Source of the DNA: an uncultured virus (IMG/VR IMGVR_UViG_2684622643_000005)
Taxonomy: Duplodnaviria > Heunggongvirae > Uroviricota > Caudoviricetes
Virus record (IMG/VR): IMGVR_UViG_2684622643_000005
Coordinates: 1 to 64,000 of that record
Strand: one strand, 5' to 3'
DNA: 64,000 nucleotides
Shown here piece after piece: positions 1 to 8,484 of the stretch. The position numbers were made by a program, and so were the translations under genes. Position 1 is the stretch's first letter; every line of letters begins with the position of its first letter. Below the pieces are notes generated by a model that saw nothing but the letters and a program-made list of their open reading frames with translations, had not been told where the DNA came from and searched no databases.

Positions 1-222
1 TCATTGGCAACGGATCACGCCGCTGGCGATTTCGTCGTCGATGGAGCGCAGCGCATCGGCATCCTGGTGCATCTGCTCGATCACCTCGAGCAGGCGCTGC
101 GCCAGCTTCGGATCGTTCGCCCGCTCGACGGCGCGCATGACCTCGACCGCAGCCGATTCATGATTGTTCGCCATCTGCTTGAGAGCCTTGCGCAAGCGCT
201 GCTCGGTCCATTTCATCGACAT
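1..222 (-). CDS. Host hypothetical protein (73 aa)
   Basis: Outside att; plausible helical ORF with host-like codon usage. Confidence 0.6.
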   Translation of the reverse strand: MSMKWTEQRLRKALKQMANNHESAAVEVMRAVERANDPKLAQRLLEVIEQMHQDADALRSIDDEIASGVIRCQ

Positions 223-411
223 GTCGCTTCACCCAGACTGCATATACGGACCCGCCAGGAACGACAGGCTCGCTTAAGAGCGCCGGACCCGGAACAAGTT
301 CAACCTGCCGTCGCGCCCATGAGGGCGGATTGGGTACCGGAAAGGCAAACGGAGAAGAGATCGTGAAGCGCAAACGAAAACGCCAGGCACAAGGCCTGGC
401 GCTTCGAAATA

Positions 412-488
412 TGGGGTGGACGATGGGAATCGAACCCACGACACCAGGAGCCACAATCCTGTGCTCTACCAACTGAGCTACGCCCACC
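412..488 (-). tRNA. Host tRNA-His (GTG), distal copy
   Basis: Reverse complement GGTGGGCGTAGCTCAG...GATTGTGGCTC...GTTCGATTCCC...CCA; identical to 62701-62777. Confidence 0.95.
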
Positions 489-548
489 ATATCGTGAATC
501 GTGCCGGACGTTCCGGCTTCAACCGCAGCGGCCGGACAAGCCGAGCCT

Positions 549-609
549 GAAGGTGGTGCGGACGGAGAGACTCGAACTCTCACGCCTTGCGGCGCTGGAA
601 CCTAAATCC
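549..609. repeat. att direct repeat (3' part of tRNA-Leu), left prophage boundary
   Basis: 61 bp GAAGGTGGTGCGGACGG...CCTAAATCC identical to 62557-62617. Confidence 0.95.
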
Positions 610-739
610 TGTCTCGCACCTCAGAAGCGCTTATATTACAACAGTTTACGCCGACCGCAATCACTTAAACTGTGCCAATCGTGAAATTCCTTTTCACGTT
701 TTCCATTTCCGTGCTTCACGTTTCCGTCACGGTCAATAT

Positions 740-1003
740 TCAGCGGTCCGACTCATAGGCCGCAACGCCGGTCCCTACCGCCCGCCATTCGTCCTGCGCC
801 ATCCGCGCATCACAGATGAATACCTCGACCTCCCCACCTTCTTTCGGCTCCGCAGGGCGGATCGCTGCATGCCGGAGAATCGTCTGCATGTCTGGGACGT
901 AGCTGCTCTCCGAGCCGTGGAATGACCAGATGCCGAACTTCCCAGCTCCACCCACCTGGTGGTCGAGTTTCACCGACCAGCCCTTGAATCGAATGACCAG
1001 CAT
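740..1003 (-). CDS. Phage hypothetical protein
   Basis: ATG at 1003 with GGAG upstream; last gene of the late operon. Confidence 0.65.
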   Translation of the reverse strand: MLVIRFKGWSVKLDHQVGGAGKFGIWSFHGSESSYVPDMQTILRHAAIRPAEPKEGGEVEVFICDARMAQDEWRAVGTGVAAYESDR

Positions 1004-1038
1004 CGCCCTGCTCCGTAGGAAAAGGCCGTAGTCTACTC

Positions 1039-1299
1039 CTACTGGCATGCTCTGTTGGCAGCCAGCAGTTGGGCTTCATACCCGATCCGCTGCCGACGCT
1101 CTGCCAGCAGCGCGCGGACCTTGGTCTGTAGGTCGTCGCTCTTCTTCAGCCCAGCCGCTGCCCAGGCCGGCACCTCGACCGCGGGCGCTCGGCACGGCAC
1201 CGCCACCGGCACATCTACGCGCACCGTGCGCGGCTCGGCTTCCTGCCGGCCGGCGCATCCCGCCAGCGCGAACACCACCAGCATCAGCACTATCCTCAT
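1039..1299 (-). CDS. o-spanin-like lipoprotein (Rz1-like)
   Basis: Signal peptide with lipobox LAGC, Pro-rich, directly after the i-spanin. Confidence 0.8.
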   Translation of the reverse strand: MRIVLMLVVFALAGCAGRQEAEPRTVRVDVPVAVPCRAPAVEVPAWAAAGLKKSDDLQTKVRALLAERRQRIGYEAQLLAANRACQ

Positions 1300-1664
1300 A
1301 GACCCAACTCCTGATCAATGACCGCCTCGGCGGCCGCACACTGCTCGCCGGCGGTTCGTTCACGTAGCAGGCGCTGGGCTCCGGCATACTGCTCGGCGGC
1401 CTGCTGTCGTCCCCGATCCACAGCTTGCGCGGCATCCCGGGCGCGCTGCTCGTCGGCCAGGCGCAGCGCGGCAACATGCCGGACCTGCTCCGCCACTGCG
1501 GACTCCAACTCTCCCCGGGAGGCACGGCAGGCAGCCAGATCCGCGCTCGCGGCATCCAACTGCGGCCGGTAGTGTCGCGCGCCGAGCCAGACACCGCCGG
1601 CGGTGCCGAGGCCGACCAGCAGCAGGCAGGCCAGCGCGATGGTTGCCCAGCGCCAAGAGATCAC
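1296..1664 (-). CDS. i-spanin-like protein (Rz-like)
   Basis: N-terminal TM helix plus coiled coil, overlaps the endolysin stop. Confidence 0.8.
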   Translation of the reverse strand: MISWRWATIALACLLLVGLGTAGGVWLGARHYRPQLDAASADLAACRASRGELESAVAEQVRHVAALRLADEQRARDAAQAVDRGRQQAAEQYAGAQRLLRERTAGEQCAAAEAVIDQELGL

Positions 1665-2095
1665 GACAGCGGCTCCAGGAACAGCGCACGCTCCGCCGCT
1701 CGGCGCCTCACCAGGCCGTCCAAGCGCTTACCACCCGCATTCACCCAGCGAGGGAACTGGTCCGCTGCTCCCTGGTAGTCACCCTTGTTCAGCAGCTTGA
1801 GCAGAGTGGACGACGCAAGATTGGCTGCGCCCAGGTTATAGACGAAGCTCATCAGGGCATCCCACTGGTTCTGGTTCAGTGGCACCTTCACCAGCCTGTC
1901 TAGCTCTGGCTCGAAGCGCCGAAGGTCGTTCGACAGCATCCGCTCGGCCTGCTCAACGGTGATCGTCATGTAGCGGGTGACGCCTCGCGTGGTGCCGTAG
2001 CCAATGGTCCAGACACCCACCGAGTCCTGGTAAGCGGACAGGCGCAGGCCCTCGAAGGATTTGATGAGGTCTATGCCTCGTTGGGATGTACGCAT
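1661..2095 (-). CDS. Endolysin, GH24 (T4/P22-type) lysozyme
   Basis: FEGLRLSAYQDSVGVWTIGYG (E-x8-D-x5-T) and GLVRRRAAE motifs. Confidence 0.93.
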   Translation of the reverse strand: MRTSQRGIDLIKSFEGLRLSAYQDSVGVWTIGYGTTRGVTRYMTITVEQAERMLSNDLRRFEPELDRLVKVPLNQNQWDALMSFVYNLGAANLASSTLLKLLNKGDYQGAADQFPRWVNAGGKRLDGLVRRRAAERALFLEPLS

Positions 2096-2425
2096 TTACG
2101 GGTCTCCAAAAACGACGAAGCCCGCTCAATGGCGGGCTTATCTTCGTCGGGAAGGTGTTCGGGTCAGCTACCGGTCAGGATCGCCAGCAGCACGGGAGAC
2201 GACAGCCAAGCGGCGGCTCCACAGGCGAGGATCAGCAGGCTGACCCCGATGCAAAAATTCAGGAAATGACTCGTTGGCATTTTGACCTCCAGCCAGTCTT
2301 TAACCTTCAGCAAGATTGGTCTACGATTCACGTATGTTCTGCTCCTTGTCCTTCCCAAGGGGTGGAAATAAAAACCCCCGGCACGCTGTGAACGTCCGGG
2401 GGTTTTGCTTTTCTGTCTTGCGCGA

Positions 2426-2758
2426 CTACCAGTCGGTTTCGATGCTCAGAGAAACCCTTGGATGGTCGAGTTCGGTATACATGCTTTTCACTGTTGCCTT
2501 TGTGATCCGCCCACCCGCCTTCATCTTTCGGGTGAAGAACGCGGCCCGATCTCTCTTGATGTAGCCGATTTGTACGTCAGTCGGGAGGAACAGGGTGAAC
2601 CAGCGCCGGACATGCACGTAGACGGCGATGGCATTGGGGTCGTGCGGGTTGTCCGGTTCTGGCACTAGCTTGACTTCCATTCCGGGGCGCACAGCCAGGC
2701 GTATTCTGCCGCTACGACCTTCGAATCCTGTGCCCGTGACAATCACGCTGTACTGCAT
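2426..2758 (-). CDS. Stand-alone HIRAN-domain protein
   Basis: VTGTGFEGR, LVPEPDNPHDPNAIAV and IGYI motifs typical of HIRAN. Confidence 0.8.
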   Translation of the reverse strand: MQYSVIVTGTGFEGRSGRIRLAVRPGMEVKLVPEPDNPHDPNAIAVYVHVRRWFTLFLPTDVQIGYIKRDRAAFFTRKMKAGGRITKATVKSMYTELDHPRVSLSIETDW

Positions 2759-2833
2759 GGCAATCCCTTATTGATCAGTTGTCAGCAGGTCACGACGCTA
2801 TCAATCGCCCGTGCATGACGCCAGACCTCGAGG

Positions 2834-3181
2834 TCACAGTTCTCTTGTCCAGTCGCCGAGCCCCTTCGCCTTCATCTTTTCGAAAGTCTGGCGCGCACGC
2901 TCAACCAGCATGGGAGCCAGGGGGACACCCTGCTCGTCTACGAGAACCTCAACGAGTGAGCACCTGCATCCCTCTGAATTGCCATCACGCGCATACCACT
3001 CCCTTACCTGATCAGCAGTGAAAAGCTTTCCATGCCTTGCCGCGTGAGAGGTTCGGGTATCTGGACGAAGGGCCGATAGATGCATAAACAAAGTCCTGCA
3101 ACCGTAGCTGCTGGACGCGCTATTCAGCTTAGCCATTCGATTCGCATGGATGCTCGCTGAGTCGATTTCCTTTTTAGCCAC
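2834..3181 (-). CDS. Short protein resembling the C-terminal part of MuF/minor head proteins
   Basis: TRTSHAARHG and GCRCS motifs. Confidence 0.55.
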   Translation of the reverse strand: MAKKEIDSASIHANRMAKLNSASSSYGCRTLFMHLSALRPDTRTSHAARHGKLFTADQVREWYARDGNSEGCRCSLVEVLVDEQGVPLAPMLVERARQTFEKMKAKGLGDWTREL

Positions 3182-3199
3182 CCCAGCCCCTCATGAACG

Positions 3200-3228
3200 T
3201 TGACGAATGCTGGCGTTTATTCCATATT
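3200..3228 (+). promoter_or_regulatory. sigma70-like promoter of the antirepressor module
   Basis: TTGACG-N17-CATATT immediately before the structured RNA. Confidence 0.6.
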
Positions 3229-3233
3229 CCGCC

Positions 3234-3410
3234 TGCCGCTGCAAATTCAGCGGTCGGGCTTGGCCGCCCGAATCGGTAAGGCGCACAGCGCCGCAGGGCG
3301 TTTTTTTGTGCCCTCGCTTTATGGCGGGCTGTGCGTGGGACACCTTCGGGTGTGCCGGGAGCCTTACCCCCGGTCGGCCAACCCGCGTACAGTTCGCCTC
3401 CCTCTTCTTG
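3234..3410 (+). ncRNA. P4 CI / IsrK / C4-type antisense regulatory RNA and its target leader
   Basis: Hairpins GCCGCTGCAAATTCAGCGGT and CGGGCTTGGCCGCCCG; downstream complementary segments (GGTAAGG/CCTTACC, TTGGCCG/CGGCCAA, CGCACAG/CTGTGCG); upstream of a Bro-N gene. Confidence 0.65.
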
Positions 3411-3454
3411 GTCGCAGAGATGGCGAACTCCCAAACAGGTAAGGAGTCCTCATC

Positions 3455-4315
3455 ATGCAAACCGCTCAAGTAATTCCGTTCCAGTTCGACGCTCGCGAAG
3501 TCCGCACCATGCTGATCGATGATCAGCCTTGGTTCGTAGCGGCTGATGTTTCCTGCGCCTTGGAATACCGAATTGCCGGTGACATGACGCGCAATCTCGA
3601 CGATGACGAGAAGGGTACGCAGATTGTGCGTACCCCTGGCGGCGATCAGGAAATGCTGGTCATCAACGAGTCTGGGCTGTACTCGGCGATCCTGCGCAGC
3701 CGCAAGGCCGAGGCCAAGCGCTTCAAGAAATGGGTGACCGCCGAGGTGCTTCCTGCGATTCGCAAGTATGGTCGCTATGAGGACTCCAGCAACAAGATGG
3801 CAACCCTGGTTGGCGAAACCATCGGCACCGACGGCTTCCATATGCTCGGCTCGCTGATCAAGGGCAAGGTCGCCGCCCTCCCCGTCGAAGTCCGCCGCCG
3901 CGCCACCGCGAAAATCTGGTCACAGACCCATGCCGCATTCGGGGTTCGGTCTGCCACAGACATCCCCGCCAATCAGTTGGATGCGGCCCGCAACTTCGTC
4001 GCCGCCTACAGCGTTCACGAAGGCGAATGGCTGCCGAAGCCTGAAAAACGCTGCGGCACCATGCTCAACGACCACCAGCTCTACGACGTGTACTTCGTCT
4101 GCCACCACTTCCAGTACCTGTTCGAAATCTTCAAGCGCCACAGCCTCTACAGCCTCCTTAGGCAGCACGGCTCCCGCGCAGGCGTAGAGATGATCGACCA
4201 CTTCAAGGATGGCTACATGGGAGTCTGGAAGCTCAGGAAGGACTTCGACGGCGAGTTTGACGCTGTACAGCGGCGGCTAGGGCTCAACCGGTATTCTGGG
4301 CTCAGCATCCGCTAG
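3455..4315 (+). CDS. Bro-N domain antirepressor-like protein
   Basis: PWFVAADV, INESGLYSAILRSRKAEAKRFKKWVTAEVLPAIRKYG Bro-N signature. Confidence 0.88.
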   Translation: MQTAQVIPFQFDAREVRTMLIDDQPWFVAADVSCALEYRIAGDMTRNLDDDEKGTQIVRTPGGDQEMLVINESGLYSAILRSRKAEAKRFKKWVTAEVLPAIRKYGRYEDSSNKMATLVGETIGTDGFHMLGSLIKGKVAALPVEVRRRATAKIWSQTHAAFGVRSATDIPANQLDAARNFVAAYSVHEGEWLPKPEKRCGTMLNDHQLYDVYFVCHHFQYLFEIFKRHSLYSLLRQHGSRAGVEMIDHFKDGYMGVWKLRKDFDGEFDAVQRRLGLNRYSGLSIR

Positions 4316-4429
4316 TGGTTTTCCCCGCGCCGGCTCGAGGGCCGGCGTTCGGGAGGATATGCAGCAGTTGCTGCTCGGTGATGGGCATAGACAACCTCAC
4401 TTCAGGTAGAATTCTGCCGCCTTGTAACT

Positions 4430-6091
4430 ATGGATGAATGCAAGCCAATGAAACGCTCCGCCTCGTTAATTGCTTTTCTGCTCCTATCAGCCTCCCTGCA
4501 CGCCGCTGAACACCCTCAAAAGTCTCTTGCCGCGAGATCAGCGGTAGAGCTAGCGCCATTCCAGTGGTCTTGGATGGATCCTGTCTCATACGATGAAGCA
4601 GGTCTTCAAAAAACGGCGGCCAAAAAAGATCCGCTTCGACCATTCTTCTTAGCGTTCAGACTTCTTGTGGAGCACGAAAAAACCGGGGAAGAAAAAAGTC
4701 TGACCAGTGCAAAGAGAGTACTGGACTTCATGCTTGATGAATATCAGCCAGCAACTAGAGAGGCAGATGGGACTCGATGGTTCTATGGCTTTGACTATGA
4801 CCGAGGCATCAAGGCGCCTTGGTGGTCAGGAATGGATGGCTTCTTCGGACCAATGACACTGTTTGCAGGGTGGCAAGCCACTGGTGAAGAGCGCTATCGA
4901 GAAGCCGCATTGAAAAGCGCGAAACTCATGATTCGACAGCCAACCGAAGGCGGATCTCTTTGGAGAGATGGTGACTCCTGCTGGATTTCAGAATACTCCT
5001 GGAATGGGATAACTAGGGATAAAGAGTACCATGTGCTAAATGGCCACCTTTGGGGGCTTCAGGCGCTCTATATGCTAGCAGAAGCATCTGGTGATAAAGC
5101 CCTAAACGAAGCATACCAATGCGCGCGCAAGGGTACGCTTGACAGACTCCCGGAGTTCTATAACTCGACAGGAAGTTGGACTTGGTACCAGCTTGTCCCA
5201 AAGGTTATAAACCCAACACACTATAACATATTAGAAACCGCACAGTTCAGAGCGCTGCATGCAATAACCAGAGACAACGCTTATAAAGACCCGGAACAGC
5301 GCAGAATCGCGGCATTTCAAAAAGCATATCCTCTATACTTAATCGAAACAAAAAAAGGACTTGAAATACAGTTCTCAATGATGGGGGCGCCAAATGCTTA
5401 CTGGACAGATACTTACCCGGTTACAGTAAGCTGTACTGTTGGAAACAAAACCGTAAGCCAAACCAACAAAGACGCCTACAGCACCAAACCAATTCATGAA
5501 CGGATGATATTACGACTTCCAGTCAATAAAGTTCCGAAAAAGTGCTCAGTATCCGTGAAAAGCAGCATGGATATCGCCATGTACACTCAAAGTAAGTTCA
5601 AAACGATCAAATCACCAGTTGAAGATTTTGTAAAATTCACACCATTACCATCTATGCAAGCCTCAAGTCTTCAAGAAGGAATTATACACATCACCACAGA
5701 GAAAGGTGATACCGCAAAGCCCGGTGAGGGAAGAGTCATGTTTGATGTAAACCGAGATCTATCAGAGTCAGAAATGATTGGCATGGTAATACATACAACT
5801 GAGGACTCTCAGCTAGGAATTGTTCTTGATGGCGCAAACGAAAAACGGGCAAGCAGCTACTACCCCGTAATAAAGTCAGGAAAAGACAATATAGTAATCT
5901 TCAACAAGCTTGGATTTGATAAAGGCTCAGAGCTAGAAGGCCACATAGCTAAAATTATGCTTAGGTTCTATACAAAACCTAACGAAAGGGACAGAGACAT
6001 AGAAATCAAGGAAGTATCAGTTATCAGAAATACTGCAAACCTTGAAGATTTCTTAAGACGCAACCAGTCAGCAAATTTCCATCAGCAGTAA
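4430..6091 (+). CDS. Secreted D-glucuronyl C5-epimerase-like protein (moron); start may be 4448
   Basis: Signal peptide MKRSASLIAFLLLSASLHA; motifs WWSGM, SEY, VLNGH, WYQL, HYNILETAQF resembling the C5-epimerase C-terminal alpha/alpha barrel; low GC. Confidence 0.65.
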   Translation: MDECKPMKRSASLIAFLLLSASLHAAEHPQKSLAARSAVELAPFQWSWMDPVSYDEAGLQKTAAKKDPLRPFFLAFRLLVEHEKTGEEKSLTSAKRVLDFMLDEYQPATREADGTRWFYGFDYDRGIKAPWWSGMDGFFGPMTLFAGWQATGEERYREAALKSAKLMIRQPTEGGSLWRDGDSCWISEYSWNGITRDKEYHVLNGHLWGLQALYMLAEASGDKALNEAYQCARKGTLDRLPEFYNSTGSWTWYQLVPKVINPTHYNILETAQFRALHAITRDNAYKDPEQRRIAAFQKAYPLYLIETKKGLEIQFSMMGAPNAYWTDTYPVTVSCTVGNKTVSQTNKDAYSTKPIHERMILRLPVNKVPKKCSVSVKSSMDIAMYTQSKFKTIKSPVEDFVKFTPLPSMQASSLQEGIIHITTEKGDTAKPGEGRVMFDVNRDLSESEMIGMVIHTTEDSQLGIVLDGANEKRASSYYPVIKSGKDNIVIFNKLGFDKGSELEGHIAKIMLRFYTKPNERDRDIEIKEVSVIRNTANLEDFLRRNQSANFHQQ

Positions 6092-6153
6092 AAAAATCGG
6101 CGCATATTCAATTACCGCATATGCGCCGATAATATTCTATATCTCCCTGATTC

Positions 6154-6393
6154 CTACACGCCGCCCGTCTCCGGCAGCGGATACCTGGCCTTGATCTCCT
6201 CGACCTTGGCGGCCCAGGCGCTGTAGTCCGGCTCGGTACCGGCCTTGATCGCAGCGAATTCAGCCTCGGTCTTGAGCGGGTCACTCTCCAGGCGGTAGGC
6301 ATTTGCTCGCGCCACGGCTGCGGCATCGTACTCAGCCTGCCTGCGCTCTTGCGCCTGCTGTTCGGCGGTCTTTACCTTGCTCCAGTCGATCAT
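6154..6393 (-). CDS. Tail fibre-associated small protein
   Basis: MIDWSKVKT...SDPL...IKARYP; follows the fibre genes. Confidence 0.7.
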   Translation of the reverse strand: MIDWSKVKTAEQQAQERRQAEYDAAAVARANAYRLESDPLKTEAEFAAIKAGTEPDYSAWAAKVEEIKARYPLPETGGV

Positions 6394-6692
6394 CGCGGTA
6401 ACTCCACAGGTCCATCGGCATCGATCAGCAGCGGTTCAGGGAAGCGAGCAGCGGCACTGGCATCATCGGCCAGCGGGAACCGCAGACTCAGCTCCAGCCG
6501 GCCGGCACGTCGCACTGCGGGACCAGCAAACCACTTCGACCCGATAGCCTCGGCCGGCAGTTCACCGCCGTCCGGGAGCGGAGTGAAGTCGAACGCCTGG
6601 CCATTCACGATGAGCACATCGCCATCTCTGCTCAGTGACAGGCGCTCGTCGCTGCCTGGCAGTGGTGCGTACGGTGACAACTTGATGATCAT
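6390..6692 (-). CDS. Tail fibre assembly-like protein
   Basis: Coupled to the fibre gene; FDFTPLPDGGELPAEAI type typical of Pseudomonas phage/pyocin tail ends. Confidence 0.65.
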   Translation of the reverse strand: MIIKLSPYAPLPGSDERLSLSRDGDVLIVNGQAFDFTPLPDGGELPAEAIGSKWFAGPAVRRAGRLELSLRFPLADDASAAARFPEPLLIDADGPVELPR

Positions 6693-7501
6693 CAGAACCA
6701 CCTCCCGATGGCGACGACCCTGTTATTCCTAGTCTGAGCGCCTGATGTGAATGATGCCGACGATATGCAGAAGAACCCCACCCCAGCCGTACCCGCGGAT
6801 GGATTGAAGTAGGTCGCTCCCTGGTTTCTCGCCGACACGCCAGAGTCATAGTCTCCACCAGCACCAGAAGCGGAGACAGCCCCAGCGATGGGGTACGAGG
6901 AACTAAAGCTCGCCGGGTACGACCAGTTCGCACCGACCGACGTGACCCCAGCGGTGAAGGTGAGAGTGTTCGTCCAACAAATCTGCGTCCCATCCGCGAA
7001 CCGCACATACTCCCCGTTCGCGTTACTCCCGCGATCAATCACCGCACCGGTCGGTACGCCGCTCGACTGCGAAACGGCGCCGAGGATGCTGTCTCGCGAA
7101 TACAGCGCGCCCGAACTACCGAGCGCTTCGCGGACAGCCGCACTGCCGAGGCCGAGATCCCCCCGCGCTGCCGCCGCATTTGCAGAGAGCGCCCAGGGCT
7201 TAATCCCCGCCAGGGTTGCCCCCCACTGGCTGGCGATCAGGTTGAATCGATCCGACAGGTCCTTGTCGTAGCCCAGGATCGGCGCCACCGCATAGGCCTG
7301 GCCGCTGGCCGTGCTGCCCTGGTAGTTGGGCTTGATCGAGATGACCGTCGAACTGGCGACGTTTGTGACCTCGTACCAACGTCCATCGGGTCCGCGAAAT
7401 GCGTCGCCGACTCGGGCATTGGACGAGAACTGTGTGCCGGTACCGGTAACGGTCGGGCTATTTGCGGTCACCGCCACGGTTCCGGTTGAGTACCACGCCA
7501 T
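6692..7501 (-). CDS. Tail fibre / receptor-binding protein
   Basis: MAWYSTGTVAVT N-terminus, NGEYVRFADGTQICW fibre motif, C-terminal AIGRWF. Confidence 0.85.
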   Translation of the reverse strand: MAWYSTGTVAVTANSPTVTGTGTQFSSNARVGDAFRGPDGRWYEVTNVASSTVISIKPNYQGSTASGQAYAVAPILGYDKDLSDRFNLIASQWGATLAGIKPWALSANAAAARGDLGLGSAAVREALGSSGALYSRDSILGAVSQSSGVPTGAVIDRGSNANGEYVRFADGTQICWTNTLTFTAGVTSVGANWSYPASFSSSYPIAGAVSASGAGGDYDSGVSARNQGATYFNPSAGTAGVGFFCISSASFTSGAQTRNNRVVAIGRWF

Positions 7502-7513
7502 AGAGTTCTCCTG

Positions 7514-8200
7514 CTATGCAATGGCCAGAAGAGGCCATGGGAAAGGTGTTCGTATTGCGTCTTGCCCAGGTCCGCCGACTTGAACAGTTGCTACGACAGT
7601 GTTTCGGGCCGAAGTAACAAACCCAATGGAGCACTCTCCAGTATCACCTTGGGGCGGTTGCGCCTGTACATTGAAATGACTAACCAGAAAATACCCATCG
7701 GTCCCATGCGGCCACGGCGCTGACCATGAATGCAACGTGTAGTACCCAAGATAATTGCCATTCGTGCCGTAATAATTCAGCAGCTGGGTACCACTTATGA
7801 ACCGAACAAGATCCCTATTACTGTCAAATACCACTCTTGACTGATTGTCAAATATTTGCATCCCCCATCCGCCAGTTTTCGGCATGAACACCGCGCATGC
7901 CTTCCACTTCCCTCCCAGTACGACACCGCTTGTGTCTTGAAACACCTTCACGTAGAAGCTGAAACCCGTCCAGTTCCCAGACGAACCAGCATGTTGGAAC
8001 ATCGTTATGTGATGCGAACCATTAGGGCAAAAGAAAACAAACGGCGGGAACGGGCTCTGCACCGGAGATGGGTACGAGACGTTGATGATCTGGGCATTAG
8101 TGGCTGGGTAGGTACCAGACGCAACCAGATGCAGACAAGGGTGGTCCTGATCGATTATCACCTGACCGGCATTCCCAACAAACTTCGCACCGAAACTCAT
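7514..8200 (-). CDS. Tail tip accessory protein
   Basis: Located after J; GMQIFD...VVFDS repeat motif. Confidence 0.65.
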   Translation of the reverse strand: MSFGAKFVGNAGQVIIDQDHPCLHLVASGTYPATNAQIINVSYPSPVQSPFPPFVFFCPNGSHHITMFQHAGSSGNWTGFSFYVKVFQDTSGVVLGGKWKACAVFMPKTGGWGMQIFDNQSRVVFDSNRDLVRFISGTQLLNYYGTNGNYLGYYTLHSWSAPWPHGTDGYFLVSHFNVQAQPPQGDTGECSIGFVTSARNTVVATVQVGGPGQDAIRTPFPWPLLAIA

Positions 8201-8484
8201 GAGAACATCACCGCATATAGAGTGTAATTCGCTGTTACATCACCGGACCAACCAAACGTAATAGTCGAGCCGCTAATGGTATGCCTGGGAATCCAAGATC
8301 TAGAATCCGGCGTATTGCAGACGACAAACATGACACCTTTAGAACCGTCGAACCCAGGGACCGTAACTGAAAGTCCCTGGGGGATGTTCCCCAAGTCCCG
8401 GCGATAGACCATCCTCAATGAATAATTATTGCTGTCAAAGAGTATTGAGCCGCCGGCTGAACGTGTTCTCATTCCGTAACTCAT
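8197..8484 (-). CDS. Tail tip accessory protein
   Basis: Overlaps the J stop; MSYGMRT...ILFDS. Confidence 0.65.
   Translation of the reverse strand: MSYGMRTRSAGGSILFDSNNYSLRMVYRRDLGNIPQGLSVTVPGFDGSKGVMFVVCNTPDSRSWIPRHTISGSTITFGWSGDVTANYTLYAVMFS

Noticed and set aside
377..490. tRNA-His and its flanking hairpin duplicated at about 62666-62780 as a possible att site
   Set aside because: The att is better explained by the tRNA-Leu 3' repeat abutting the integrase; both His copies are complete and look like native cluster members
3200..3473. Ash-like small ORFs over the antisense RNA region
   Set aside because: The sequence is explained by RNA structure and no clear RBS is present; a leader peptide is not excluded
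4430..7501. D3-type seroconversion cassette (iap, wzy-beta, oac)
   Set aside because: No polytopic membrane polymerase or acyltransferase ORF in the prophage
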